Below are positions 22,551 through 35,161 of a stretch of 64,000 nucleotides of DNA, one piece after another (the first letter of the stretch is position 1; every line of letters starts with the position of its first letter). The stretch spans positions 3,348,001 through 3,412,000 of the forward strand of contig CM052823.1 of NCBI GenBank assembly GCA_028534125.1. Direction: 5' to 3'. A program made the position numbers and the translations under genes. Under the pieces are notes generated by a model. That model saw only the letters and a list, made by a program, of their open reading frames with translations, ran no database searches and had not been told where the DNA came from. This stretch comes from Lama glama (lineage: Eukaryota).

Positions 22551-24994
22551 TAAACACTGAGCAGCCGTGGGGAGCCCAAGCCAGAACACAACTCAGCAAG
22601 AATCAAAGCCACTCGGGGCAGTCGAGCCCTGTCTAAGTCCCATGAAGGAACCCTGACATCACATCCCGGCCTCGTTGGGTCCAGATGATGGACCGGATTC
22701 AGAGGCACACGGTTTGGGGTCTGTCTGCAGTCACTCCCCTGCTCAGGGGAACCCTCATGTCTCCTCCCCACTGGGGATTTCATGGCCAGGAGTACTTCCA
22801 AAGCAGAATCTGATTCTGGAGAAGTGGATGTACTTCAAAAATTCACCATAAATAAAGCAAGTGCAGCAGGAGTAGTCACCTTGAAGTTACACAAATGCCA
22901 CAGACAGAGAGAGAACCCTGTGAAGTTCCTAAGTCAACGGCAAGTCTGTGAAGCCCTCCTGAGGCACCGATGGCACAGGGCACAGAAAAGTGTGCAGGAC
23001 AGTCAAGCATCCTTTCACATACCTTGGACGGATGAAGACATCAAAGAACCTTCCAGAAAATGAGACTTGTGTTTGGAAGGTCTCAACAGGCAGGAATCAA
23101 TGAGTCTGATGCGATTGGCTATTGGGATATATGAGACAGACAACAGATCACAAGCAATATTCCTTCAAACACAATGAGGGGCAGAAAGGCAGGATGTTCA
23201 CCAGCAGCACCCCCCCCCACCACTAAAAGCTACACAACCTCCAGAAAAGTCATTTTTCAGGTGGACTGGGGGTGCACTTACTGAAATAGGTGCTGTGAGT
23301 CCCTGCTAAGGTGTGCCTCCAAAGCAAACAGTGAATCAGCAATAATCCTGACTCAGCCCCTGTTCTGCAAGGTTGCCACCACCTCCAGGAGGTCCTCCTA
23401 AACACAGATTCAACACTGAAGACAAATGGGCCCAGAAGCATTCTTCAGAAACAAGGCATATGTCCTGTGGCCCACCCTCCACCCACAGCCCACAAAGAGG
23501 CACCAACACGAATCCTGCTTTTCTGAAGCCGGAATTGATTCAAAAAAGCCTTATCCTGCAAGAGCAATGGCTGTCATTGCTAGAGATGAATGGACCCCAG
23601 GGGGAGTGGACCAGGTCACCCTGTCTCCTACAGAGCCAGAGCCCCTGCCCCACAGCCACAGCTAGGCAAGGAAGCTACCCTGACCCCCCAGTTCCCCCAA
23701 GCACAAGCTGTCATAAATAAAGCAAACGCACTGGGCCCAGTGTTTCTCACGTACCAGTGGGAGCAGTGCCACGCCCCCCAGGTTGGTATTTTCCCCATGA
23801 AGCCTTGCCCCGAAGAAATGAGACGTGGCTGGTTTGGGGATCAGAGGGTCTAAGCCTGTGGCCAGCATCATTCACGCACCCATGAGTCGTTCTTACAAGC
23901 GTGGCCATGAATGAGGGGAGTATGCTAGCAAGGAAAAAGTCCCAGCTGGGTTTCCAATTTTAATTGAAATGCGGGCAGCCAGGCAAGATCTGGCACAGAC
24001 GTAGTGACTAGCAAGGAACTCCTCTTCAGGGATCCTGGGAGAGCAACGTCAACCTGCCTGTTGTCTCTTCCAAGAAGCTGGCGTCACTCTGTGTCCTGCT
24101 AAGGCCAAATGGCAAGCTCAGGCACCAGGGCCAGGGAGCTGGTAACTGTGTCTGCTCACTGCCTGGCATCACCCCCTTTCTTCCCCCACTGCCCACATTT
24201 CCTCCTGGACCGGCCTTCCCGGACAGCTCTTCCTGAATAAACCACCTGCCCACAAACTTTGAGGAACCCCTTCCAAGTCTAAGACAAAAGTATGTCTTAA
24301 CAAGAGCAGTCTGGCCTCCAGGGAAACTATAGAAAGATAAATCAGAGACAAGTAGACAAGATGTAGGGACATTTGAAAAATGTATAAAGTCTTAGAGTCT
24401 CTGTACCTTTCCCCAAAAGAACTTTTTCCCTTTAAAAAGTGACTATTAAAATAAAGTTATTAAAATAAAAAGTGATTACAAATAAATATTAATAAAGTCA
24501 AATTATTATTAAAATAAAATATTTAAGTAAGTTATGTACTAAAACATTGGTACACCTGCCGATACATACTCATAAAAACTCCCACAATCATTGCACATTT
24601 ATCATAATTTGTTCAGTGTGTATCCATGTTTTATCTACTCTTTTAGAGGTTAAGCTGTGGAAGCCAAGGGATGGGAGAGCGTACATTCCAGGATTCTTCT
24701 AAAAATCTGAAAACCTTGTTAAACATGTTTTTGTTCACGTTTATTTGTCAATTTAAAAAAAAATTGGCATTATACAACCTAACTTTTCACATTTAGAGAT
24801 TTAGCTTAAGAAACAGGATTATGTGGTGATTCATTCAATAAATTCTCCATTCTCCAAACAAAAAATAAACAAAGGAAAACACTCGCCATCTGGCTAGCCA
24901 TCTGTTCACACCGCCTCGGAGAGGGGCTCACGCACACACACGCTCCGCGCCCGAACCTGACACCGCGCGCAGAGAGTCCTTCAAGAAGGCATTT

Positions 24995-25072
24995 GATGAT
25001 GAAAAGAGATCAACCGTGCAATATCTGCCACAAATAAAGCAAATACATCACGGACAACCTCCTTTCGAACAT
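24995..25072 (-). ncRNA. MIR3958: pre-miR-3958 (bovine miR-154c)
   Basis: 3p AGAUAUUGCACGGUUGAUCUCU at 25005-25026; 5p AGGUUGUCCGUGAUGUAUUUGC. Confidence 0.9.
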
Positions 25073-25782
25073 CTCAGACCAGCTTCTGCGATACGCTTCT
25101 CCTCCAGCCGCCACGCGTCCTCCTGCAAAGGAAACGGATGGTGAGCGTTAAGGGATGGAGAACAGCCACCATCAGAGGCGCGACGCTCCCTGGGAGCCTT
25201 CTTTGGACGTGCCTTGGTGTGCAGGTGACTGTGGTCCTCCCTGACATCAGCAGCATGACGCTGATGGCCTCCAAGGTGGGAACGGAGGCTCGGTTCTGAA
25301 AGAGAACCGTACCTTTCACATCTCCCCGGGCATAAGACAAAGGCGTCACTGGACCATAGTCCTGCCCCTTCCACAGGCGATGCAGAACTGGAACCCCCTC
25401 CAGGAAGTCCTCCGGGGCTGGGGTGATGCTGAGGCTCCGTGGCCAGGTGGCAGGTGCCTGACACAGGATGCACGGCCTCCCTCTAGGAGACCCAGGGAGG
25501 CGCCCCATTGTCTAAAAGGAGCGGTACTTGACTGAGCGATGCAGGTAAGCCGTGCGGACCCTCATCTCGGACAGCCTTTCTCGATGGACCTCATGTGGTG
25601 GCTGCTTCTTCTCCAAATGTGTTTTTGTCTCCAGGAAGGTCTCTGAAGGGTGAGGATGGCTGGGGGCAGGAGCCAGCCACCACGCAGGCGTTCACTGAGG
25701 CCAGCACAGCCCGCGCGCTGCAGTCGGCGCTGCCATCAGCATCTCGTCCCGGAAGTCAGTGCTGGGCTCTGGAGATGGGGTA

Positions 25783-25862
25783 TGATACTCAAATAGAAGT
25801 GCACCCGTATTTTTCGTCATAAATAAAGCGAAGAAACACGGATAACCTCTTTTCTAGTACCA
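25783..25862 (-). ncRNA. Well-paired miR-154-family hairpin, name not recognised
   Basis: AGAGGUUAUCCGUGUUUCUUCG pairs with AAAAAUACGGGUGCACUUCUAU; family loop GCUUUAUUUAUGAC; basal GGUACU/AGUAUC stem. Confidence 0.75.
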
Positions 25863-26067
25863 AAATGCAGTGCCGAGAACAACCCCACGGCCTCCGGTCC
25901 CGGCCGGCGGAGCTCCGCACACCTCCTAGGGAAGAGAGACGCTGCCATTAGCGATGGGGCGACCAGGGCGCTCCTCGCGTGTTCTCTAGACGACAAGGGC
26001 CACTCACCCTGCAGATCTGCCGACGCCACGGAGCCCCAGCTCTCACAGCCTCTCCTCCGAGTCGGGT

Positions 26068-26149
26068 TTGATACTGAAAAGAGGTCGGCCAAGAATGACT
26101 CATCATAAATAAAACAAATTCAGCTGGGAAAACCTCTCCTCAAGTACCA
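26068..26149 (-). ncRNA. miR-154-family hairpin, partly degraded
   Basis: Consensus flanks UGGUACUUGAGGAGAGG and CCUCUUUUCAGUAUCAAA; several mismatches mid-stem. Confidence 0.45.
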
Positions 26150-26869
26150 CAGAACGGAACCGTCCACGGGGCCCACGGCACCTCCAGCAGGAAGATGGCC
26201 TCAGGATGGACGGGACGGAGAGGGTGGAGACGGGACAGCGGAGTCTTTCATGAGTCACATCCACTCACTGATCCGGACCGGCAGCTGACACCAACGTCCC
26301 TTCTCTGTCGATGGCATCCGGACGTATGTCCCTCCGGGGCAGGACTGGACCCTGGGAAGAGGCAAGCTGAGTGTGGGATTAGTCCCAGTGCGTGACTGCC
26401 CCAGGAAAAGCCCTCTCCCAGAACCTCGGGGACCCTCCACCACAGCTGGTGTCCCCTGTCACTTCTACCACGGATGTGCGGGTGACAGTGCGCCAGGAGA
26501 CAACCAGAGACGACGCCCACGCGCCTGGCAGCCGGGCTGCTGCTTAGCCGTATTTGGAGGGGGGTACTGCTCTCACCTGAACTCCTTTCAAATGTGGGGG
26601 AAATTCTTTACTACAGGTCATAGAAATGTGTCCCCCAGCCTCCCTTGCAGGGGGAGTGGGCATGGGACCCAGGCCTCGCCCCCCACGCCTGACCTTAGAG
26701 GTTGGCATTGCCTGAGGTTGGACTGATGGCTGGACCCCGAGTGTCCCCGAGCCCGCCAGCACACAGTTGACAAGGGACACTGCCCCACGTACGTACCAAG
26801 AGAGGCAGTGACGCCCAGGCCCCTTCCCCAAACTTCCACTGGGGCCAGGGAGCTCTGGGAGGTGAGATT

Positions 26870-26951
26870 TGATGCCGGAAAAGAAGTGCACCATGTTTGT
26901 TTCGTCACGTATCAAGCGAAAATAACATGGGCGACTTCTTTTCAGGTACCA
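26870..26951 (-). ncRNA. MIR495: pre-miR-495
   Basis: 3p AAACAAACAUGGUGCACUUCUU at 26881-26902. Confidence 0.97.
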
Positions 26952-27994
26952 GAGATCAGCACTGACGGGCAGGCGATGGCAGCTGCTCGCCGCCAGCCAG
27001 CCCACCTGGGTGGGAGGGACACTGAGCCTTAGGGCACGGGGCTGGGGCCGCAGCAAGCACCAAATGTGAAGTGTGAGCTCGAAAGCAGCAGGCATCTGCT
27101 GACCCTGGAGGAGGTGGGCGGCCGCTCTTTGCCTGCAGCCTCCTGTCCGGGATGCCCTTGCAGGCAAGGCTGACACGGCACAGAGATGGATCCTGCGGGC
27201 ATCGTCAGGACGAAGCTGACCGATCCCAGACTCCCTCTGCTTCTGGATTCCAGGAAGTGCTCATGGGCAGAATTCAATAATCAGGGCAGACGAGTTCTGG
27301 AATGTTTGCTATCAACTCCACAAATGCTCATGGAGAGCATCATTTCAGAGAAAATGGGATGGACAGCTTTGGACACTGAAATAAAATCTCCTCTGTGAGT
27401 CAGTGGTTCTGGTAAGGCCTCCTCTTGAGACAGGAAACAGAGAGCACTGAATTAGGTGAAACCAGCCAACAAAGCAGCATCCGGGCTCTGTGGCCCCATC
27501 CACTTGGGTGCCTTGCATAGTTCTGGCCCCAGCATCCCCTCCTCACAGCAATCCTGAATCCTTCGAGGCGTGGTGTGGTTCTAAGTCGCTGGTAGTTCGG
27601 GATGACTCGTGACAAATACAGCAAGCCCGTCACAGAGCCAGAGAGCAGCAGCAACAAGGAGCGATCTCTTCTCCAAAGTCAGCATCGCTTCCGGGAAGTC
27701 CTCCCAGGGGCAGGGTCTCGGAGGAAATGAGGCAGGGCAGATGCTCTGGGGTCCACTGTCCTTCAGGTCTCCTGGAGAGGGGCCCACGCCAATGGCTCTT
27801 CCCTGGACGTAAAGCACATTCATTAGGTATTATTTATGATTCATAACTTAAACCCCGAGGACAACACTTTTGAAGAACACTGTAAATCCACAATAAAAAG
27901 TCATTTTTCACCAAAAACCTGTGTTAGGATACTGAGGACAGCTCACTGAAGAGACATATCACTGAAAAAAAATGCAGGTTTCCCAGTTACCCCA

Positions 27995-28570
27995 GTGGTA
28001 TGGTATCATCTGTCCATAGCCCAAGTAAGATAAAACCCAACTCAAACTGGCTTGAACAATAAAGGGATTTATAAGCTTTATATAACTGTTAGACTTATAC
28101 AACTGAAAAGTGCAGAAGCAGGGTAAGCTTCAGGTAGGGTTTGATCCAGGGGCTCATACAATATCACCCAGGTCCTTTCTAATTCCCCAATATCACTTTC
28201 ATGGGACAGGCTTCCCCTAGTGGGTCTGTATCTCCCCCACACATAGCCCCAGGCACTCTTTTCTTGGTCTTCAAATAGTTGTGGGAGCTTCAAGGCTGAA
28301 GGGAACACAGATAGTCTATTGGGGCAGCTCTCAGGGAAAGGGAGAAGTATTTCCTTTCCCAGAAGCCTCAGCAAACATCTCCTTGCATCTCATTGGCTCA
28401 GAGATAAAAGAGACATCTAAACCCTCAGCTGGTGTGTGTGTGTGTGTGTGTGAGAAGGGGGGAGCTCAACACAACCTAAGCCACATGGCAGAAAGAGGAG
28501 AGCATTCATGAGAGAAATCAGGGGAAACTGGGGATGCAGGGTGGCAACAAGCTTGCCAAAGTCCACTACA
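27995..28570. mobile_element. MLT1 (ERVL-MaLR) solo LTR remnant
   Basis: 'aaaacccaactcaaactggcttgaacaataaagggatttat' and 'catctccttgcatctcattggctc' are MLT1J/K-like. Confidence 0.7.
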
Positions 28571-28631
28571 AGTGCCAACACGCCTTCCTTAAAGTTGGCG
28601 CCGGAACCAAGACGTCCTTGAGGCCGAATTG

Positions 28632-28709
28632 GATACTGAAAAAGAAGTGCACCGCGAATGTTTCGTCACAAATACAGCGAAAAAGACACGGGCAACTTCT
28701 CCCTAAGTA
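28632..28709 (-). ncRNA. MIR543: pre-miR-543
   Basis: AAACAUUCGCGGUGCACUUCUU at 28642-28663. Confidence 0.97.
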
Positions 28710-29885
28710 CCGCACATCAGAGCCCTCGAGCAGCTCCGCTTCTCCACGGTGGCATCACGTTGGTGGACTTCCTGAGAGCCAGAGGGCCCTGTTCCTGCAC
28801 CAGGCAACACGTCTTCACGAAACGAGTACCAGAGGGACGTTTCACGATTGTCAAAAGCACAGCAGCTGGCTGATGGACAACACCTCAAATGAAATGGAAT
28901 GACCTCGGCCCTGACAGTGTCACCGTGGCTGACCAGCCCTAGCATACAGAAGTGCTCCCATGGTGGACAGGACACTGAAGGCTAATGATTCAGTGAGGAA
29001 TAATGAATGAAACTCAAGTCTTTGGTGGCCCGTGTGGATGACTGACTCAGTGGCTCTGCATCTTCACCATAGCCTCCTTGTCAGTGGCGGGTACCTCCCA
29101 CCTCCTGTCTTTGGCCTTGGCCGCATGACTTGCCAGTAAGATGTGCCAGTTCCAGGTTTCAGTCTTAAGCGGCCTCTGGGTTTCCACTTACTTTCCTGTG
29201 CCCCAGCCATCGCTGTGAGACCACCATGCCGGCCAGTCCGAGAGGAGGGCGCTGGATACCAAGTCCCACCTTCACCCCCAGAGAAGACCTCATCTCCAGA
29301 AGTCGTCCTAGATGTGGAGGGGATACCAGGCATTAGTGGACCAGGAGACACTTGTGCTAAGCAGAATGTGTGTGAAACGCCTACACCCACACCTTCACTG
29401 ATGGTGAGTCCAGCGCCCCCTCCCTGAAGCTGGTATCACTCCCAGAAGGCATCTTCAGCAGGATCGGACACTGTCCAGCATCCAGCCCGTGGGTCTTCCC
29501 AAGTCAGGCAAAGTTGGTCAACAGACACAGAGACGAGTGAGGACAACAAATCCTCCTTCCCCTAGGAATGATCATGAACTTGAAACCCGCCCACGGAGAG
29601 GCTGGATTCTAAGTGGGAATGACCCAGAAGGGGCAAATCAAAGCCACTCTGCAAGGACACTGAGGACCAGCTCCCACCCACTCACTCACCAGAAGTGGTG
29701 CAGATACCAGTGGCCTTGCCTGGAATCTGGCTTCACATCCAGGAAATCCTCCAGGCAGTATTTACTACTGAAAAGAGATGGGCCATGTGACATTCATCTT
29801 CTACATCACAAGGTCACCAGACAGTCTGTCTCCAGATCCCACAGGATAGTTGACGTCACAGCCACAGAAGCACCACTGTGCACGT

Positions 29886-29886
<1 letters not shown>

Positions 29887-29925
<39 letters not shown>
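29887..29925. repeat. (CA)n microsatellite
   Basis: Uninterrupted CA run. Confidence 0.99.
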
Positions 29926-29927
<2 letters not shown>

Positions 29928-30261
29928 CTTCCTGAGGATAGTTAGACCCCTGAACCAGGCAATACACACGTCCTGCAACCAACTTGTGCAGCGGGGTGGG
30001 CATTCCCCTGGTAGAGGCCCTGATACCCAGGCCACTTCCCTGGCATTTTCTGTGCAGGCTAACCATTTTCCTGAGAAGGATTTGACACTGAAAGAGAGTA
30101 TTCACGGACAATTGCTTCTATTCATTCTTAAAAGGCAGGAGGGGGAGCCCCGAAGAGGGTGACCCCTCTTTAAATGCTGCAGACCCACCCTGGCCCCAAA
30201 TCCTCCTATGTCTTCTCCACAGCCGCCACGTGCACCGGGACGTCACCCCGCAGGTGGACCG

Positions 30262-30339
30262 GGTGCTGATGGATAGTCAAACGGGTGACCTACATCATAA
30301 ACCAAGTGCACGTCACCGGTCTGCCATCCCCTCAGCTAC
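30262..30339 (-). ncRNA. MIR1193: pre-miR-1193
   Basis: GUAGCUGAGGGGAUGGCAGACCGGUGACGUGCAC...UAGGUCACCCGUUUGACUAUCC. Confidence 0.93.
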
Positions 30340-30643
30340 CCTGGCGAGCAGCTGCTGTGTCCAGAAAGCCATCGAAGCAGGACCTCACGAGGAAGTTACC
30401 ACCCACCATGAGCCATCAGCCAGGTGCCAACCACAAGGAGCGACCTCCCTCCACCGCAGGAAGACAGGCCTTTCTCCAAACTCGGCTTCCCTTCCAAGGA
30501 GCTGTCCACAGAGGGCTGGACCCTGGTACCCATCCTCCACCCCACCCCAGGACACACGACACACAGTCCTCCTTCCTTGAGCTGGCCACGTCCCTTCCCT
30601 GAAGGCCGCATCAGGAACGGGAAGTGCCTCCAGGGCAGGAATT

Positions 30644-30724
30644 GATACTAAAAAAGAGGTTTCCCGTGTATGTTTCATCATAAATAAAGAGAAGACAACA
30701 CGGACAACCTCTCCTTCGAGTATC
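30644..30724 (-). ncRNA. MIR494: pre-miR-494
   Basis: 3p UGAAACAUACACGGGAAACCUC at 30656-30677. Confidence 0.98.
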
Positions 30725-33026
30725 GAAGATTAGCACGGATCAAACACCAAAACGAAACCAGAAACCAAAACCAAAACCGCCGAATCTTCACCGATGTCGG
30801 TGTCCCCTCCAGGGAGTTTTCACAAGTCTACCTGGCCCTGGGTAGACCAGACACACATGTCATTTGCACGTGGACAGTCTGAATCAATGTGGAGTGGTTT
30901 CTGGAGGTCAGCCAAGACACTTTTTTAAGACTTGATACTGAAAAGAGGTCACTGTGAAATGTTTTTCACCAACACAGAGAACATTCAGTGTGTAACCTCT
31001 CTCCAGGGGCTGGGGCTTTCCTGATGTGGAACCACAGTCTCCTTCTGGAAGTCTATCAGGCCTCAGGAAGCATCCCAGCAATGCGGTGCGTCCCCAGGTC
31101 AGTGCATCAGGAGAGAGCTCACAGACCTGTGGCCTGCACTGGACTGCCGCCCAGGCCCCCGCGTGGAACTGGCCGTGGGTCCAAGCAGTCTTCCAGGCAG
31201 GAGGTGGTTCTGAAAACAGAGGTAGGTGTCAGGTTAGTTGTGCATAAAGTAAGTGCCCTCTACAACCTCCCGCCGAAGCGGGGCAGGGAAAGCTGGGAAG
31301 GGGGCCAGGCCTCCATCCTCCAGATGAACACTGCTAAATGCCTTCCGCTGCCTTCCATTTAATTCAGTAGAATTAAGGAATAAAAACAATTTTCATTTCC
31401 TGAAGCCAGTTTGCCAAACGTTTGTGCCAAATCTGGCTTGGCTTTTCTGTTTTGCTGCAAAGCTCCTTTGACCCTAATTTTGTCACTGCCAGAGGAATAC
31501 TGGTATCTCCAGCCTTTTTCATTTCCGTGGGGAAGGAGGCCAACCCCGGCAGCACTGGAGAGACAGGTGTCAAACGTCAAAGGAAAGAAAACTCCAGGTT
31601 TTCTCCTAAGTGGCCTCTAGAGCAGGGGACAACGAGAGTCACGGGGCCATGCGGCTTCCCTACACCCTTATGATCTATCTTTTGACCCCTGCTTACCCAC
31701 CAGAGCACCCAGCAGTCTGCAGTGACACAGCAGTCACTGGCCCCAGGGACATCAGAGGTGATGGCACCTCCCCGCCGTCCCATTTCCTCGCCTTTCTCTC
31801 TCTTTTCGCTCAGGGCTCTTTGGGTGGAAGGAATGATGTCTGGGCCTCAGTTAAAATGAAAGAACAGTTGTGTCGGTCATGGCTGCCACCCCGTCTGCTC
31901 TGGCTCTAATCAAATCAAGTGGGAATGAAGTGGGAAGACCTCGTCCTTCTCAAGAACCTGATGCCCCTCCCCCAAATGCCACAGGAACGCCCGGAACCCA
32001 GCGTCACAGCCAACTCCCGTCAGAACAAATGCACTGCCAACGACCTACCTCGGTGCCCTCACTTCAGGGCCAGCAAGGACCACTTCCTTTCCCAATGGTT
32101 GTCGTCGCCTCCAGGAAGTCCTCCTGAAAAGGATGGCGAGCAGCATCAGTATCAGACACAACAGGCACAACAAGGGAAGCAAATGTCTCGGCTCACTCAC
32201 CCTGGACCAGCGCTGACAACTTCCATCTCATCCAGGAAGTCTTCCAAGCTGGTATCTGACACTGAAGAGTGGTCAGCGTGAATCATTTGTCATAAAAGAA
32301 TCAAATACACCGAAGGAAATCTCTCCTCGAGGAGTGCAGAGAAGATCCGCCTGCAGAAACACACCATCGCCTCCTAAAGGATGAATTAGATAACAACGGT
32401 CAGTGGACCAGGGGTGTCCCTGGTAAAGCACATGGCCTGTAGCAAGCTATCTGCTCATTTCTCCTGGACCCGGGGTGATGACAAAGTCCTCTCCCCTAAG
32501 TTGGCATAATAGCAAACATTCTCTCAGATTTAAAACAGTTCAGCCTAGAATTCCGGTTGGAAATAAACTGGTCCTACCCCAGACCAATTCTAGGGACCCC
32601 CCGCAAAGCCCCATCTTGATCTCAGAACAAGCTTTTCTTCCCAAAGATGTCATTACGTCCAGAACAGCTTTTCAGAATAAACCAAGGGCTGGGGGGCAGT
32701 GGTCCGGGCCACCTACGTTGTCTGCTCAGTGCACGTTCTCCATGCAATAGGCACTCACCAACATGGGTTACTCCAAGATAGATGCAACCACAGATAACCC
32801 ACCTGCATGTTCTGCGCATGGAGCTGTCACGGGGACCACTGTCTTCCCCCAGGTGGGCATCACCTTGGAAGTACTCCTGAGAATGGATAAGATACTGATG
32901 ATTAGTGGAAGAGACGATGAAAGTCAGAAACATGGGTCAGGCTTTGTGGCTAAGCAGTTACTCATGTCCACAGCACCCCTTTCCTGAGGCTGAGGTCTGG
33001 ACCAGAAGGCCTCCAAGCTGGAATCT

Positions 33027-33108
33027 GATACTGGAAAACAGGTTAACCAGGTGTGTTTCATCCTCAGTGAAGAAACAGAGACCTAGAAAACCTCTCTTCA
33101 GGTACCAC
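33027..33108 (-). ncRNA. MIR329-2: pre-miR-329 second copy (variant)
   Basis: 3p AACACACCUGGUUAACCUGUUU at 33036-33057; seed intact, one 3' substitution. Confidence 0.92.
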
Positions 33109-33337
33109 CAATTACACCGATAGGAACACCACTGATTCCTCCTCAGACTTGACATCCAGTCCTGGAAGTCCTGTTTACACGGATTGGACACGGGCGGTTA
33201 GGAGAGCAGGTGACATCAGTCATCAGTGTTAGGCACAGGCTTTGTGGCCGCTCATTTCTGTCCACGGGACGGGAGCTGACAGTAACGTCTTTCCCTGAAG
33301 CCGAGGTCGGGACCAGAAGGCCTTCAAGATGGGATTT

Positions 33338-33418
33338 GATACTGGAAAAGAGGTTAACCAGGTGTGTTTCATCCTCATTAAAGAAACAGAAACCCAGAAA
33401 ACCTCTCTTCAGGTACCA
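33338..33418 (-). ncRNA. MIR329-1: pre-miR-329 first copy
   Basis: 3p AACACACCUGGUUAACCUCUUU at 33347-33368. Confidence 0.96.
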
Positions 33419-34095
33419 CGGAGTAAGCCTGACAAGAACACCAGTGATCCTTCCCCAGACTTGACATTCAGTCCTGAAGTCCTGTTAATACGGAACTGGG
33501 CACCGTGCATTAGTCGCTTTGCTGGTGGAAGCCATGAGTTGAATGCATGCTGTCCGTTAACCATCCGTCCAAGTACTCCAGTGGGGCAGACCCCGGTGGC
33601 TTCCTGATCTTCCTGAATTTGGCACCATGGCCAGAGGGTAGTGATACTACAGCAACCCTGCTCAGAAGAGCTGTCACATTTTTGGATAACCCCCAGGGCA
33701 AACTTTTCTCGGCTGCCATAGAGGCAGCGATGCCCCCAAGCCAAGGCAGGCTCCCCCGAAGACCCTCCCAAGGACTCGCTGGGTACTGAGGTGTGTGGGA
33801 CCTGGGGACCTGGTCATAAGGGAAGTGCAGATACGCTGGTCAGCTGATCACTTGAGTACGTTGGGGTGGTGCAGACAGCATGCCCCTTCCCCTGAATTCG
33901 GATGGCCTCGCAACCGCGAAGCCCTCCAAAGAAAGAGGTCCTACTGAAAACAGGTCCAAGTGCGCCGCACCCCGCTCAGGTGCGGCGAGCGCCTCGTGGA
34001 CGCTCCCTCCTCCACGGCTGGCGGAGCCCCGCTGGCTCTGCTTTAGCGTTTCCTCTCCCAGAGTTGGCATTTCTTCCGGGAGGTCTCCAAGGGGG

Positions 34096-34182
34096 GATTA
34101 GATACTGAGGGTTAGTGGACCAGGTCACAAACGGCACAAATAAAGCGTGTGCTCTCTGGTCAACCATCTCATGTACCCAGGC
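34096..34182 (-). ncRNA. MIR758: pre-miR-758
   Basis: 3p UUUGUGACCUGGUCCACUAACC at 34110-34131; 5p at 34147-34168. Confidence 0.97.
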
Positions 34183-34395
34183 ACGTGCTGACGCCACTCC
34201 CCTCGTCCGCCAGCTAGCCCTGCCCTTGAAGCCGCCGAGCCAGGGCGCTCTGCTGAGAAGGGCTGCCACCCGCGGGCGATCGTCACACACAGAGGCAAAC
34301 GCATCGCGAACAAACCCCGCTGAGTGGCACTGAGCGTAGACCTAGCGCCACCCCCCCACAGTTGAGGTTAGCTCCAGGAAAGCTGGCAAGGCGGG

Positions 34396-34478
34396 ATTAG
34401 ATACTGCAAAGAGGTCGACCGTGTAATGTGCGCCATAAATGAAGCGAACGCGCCACGGACCACCTCTCTCCAAGTACC
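34396..34478 (-). ncRNA. MIR323A: pre-miR-323a
   Basis: 3p CACAUUACACGGUCGACCUCU at 34410-34430; 5p AGGUGGUCCGUGGCGCGUUCGC at 34444-34465. Confidence 0.98.
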
Positions 34479-34556
34479 CGGCAGCAGCGCTGACACCAGG
34501 GCAGCGGCTCTTCCTCAAAGCGGCGTCACCTCCCGGGCGTCTTCCAAGGTGAGATG

Positions 34557-34644
34557 TGATATCGAGAAGAAGTAGACCATGTGTCCTACGTCGCAAATAA
34601 AGCGTGCACACCATGGTCGACCGCATCCACGGATACCAGGAAGT
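34557..34644 (-). ncRNA. MIR1197: pre-miR-1197
   Basis: UAGGACACAUGGUCUACUUCU at 34568-34588. Confidence 0.96.
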
Positions 34645-34931
34645 GACACTGACCCCGCCTGTCTTCCCTTAACTTGGGGTCACCTCGAGGGAGCCCTTGC
34701 AAGATGCCTCGTGAAGTATCAGCCAACGGCAAATGTGGCAATAACTAAAACCCCACGCCCAGAGCCGCTGCCGCCGCCAGGATACCCGGGAAGTCTGGGA
34801 CTGAGTGGGGACCATCGGTTGGAGGAACGAGTGGTCAGAAAGAAAGCACGTGATCTGTGCTGGATGGCGCGGACCACGCGCGCCCTGCTCTCAAGTTGGC
34901 ATGGCCTCCAGGATGTCCCCTCAGGCTGACT

Positions 34932-35006
34932 GATGCTGAGAACTAGTGGACCATGTGACATACGTCATAAACACCACGTACGTTTTATGGTCGACCATCT
35001 CTCCAC
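34932..35006 (-). ncRNA. MIR411B: pre-miR-411b (ruminant nomenclature)
   Basis: 5p UGGUCGACCAUAAAACGUACGU at 34976-34997; 3p UAUGUCACAUGGUCCACUAGUU at 34941-34962. Confidence 0.88.
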
Positions 35007-35100
35007 ACACTGTGGGATGGTGCTGAGGCCAGACCAATGTGTCTCCCACGAAGTTGGCTCTGCCTCTGGGAAGCCCTCTGCGACTGAATTTGATATTGAG

Positions 35101-35161
35101 AAGACGTGGACCATATTACATACGACACAGAGCCAGCGCATGTTCTATGGTCAACCATCTT
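35101..35161 (-). ncRNA. MIR380: pre-miR-380
   Basis: 5p UGGUUGACCAUAGAACAUGCGC at 35136-35157; 3p UAUGUAAUAUGGUCCACGUCUU at 35101-35122. Confidence 0.97.

Noticed and set aside
25430-25500. Rodent miR-667-like stretch (CACCUGCCACC on the minus strand)
   Set aside because: Only about 11 nt match and there is no convincing partner arm
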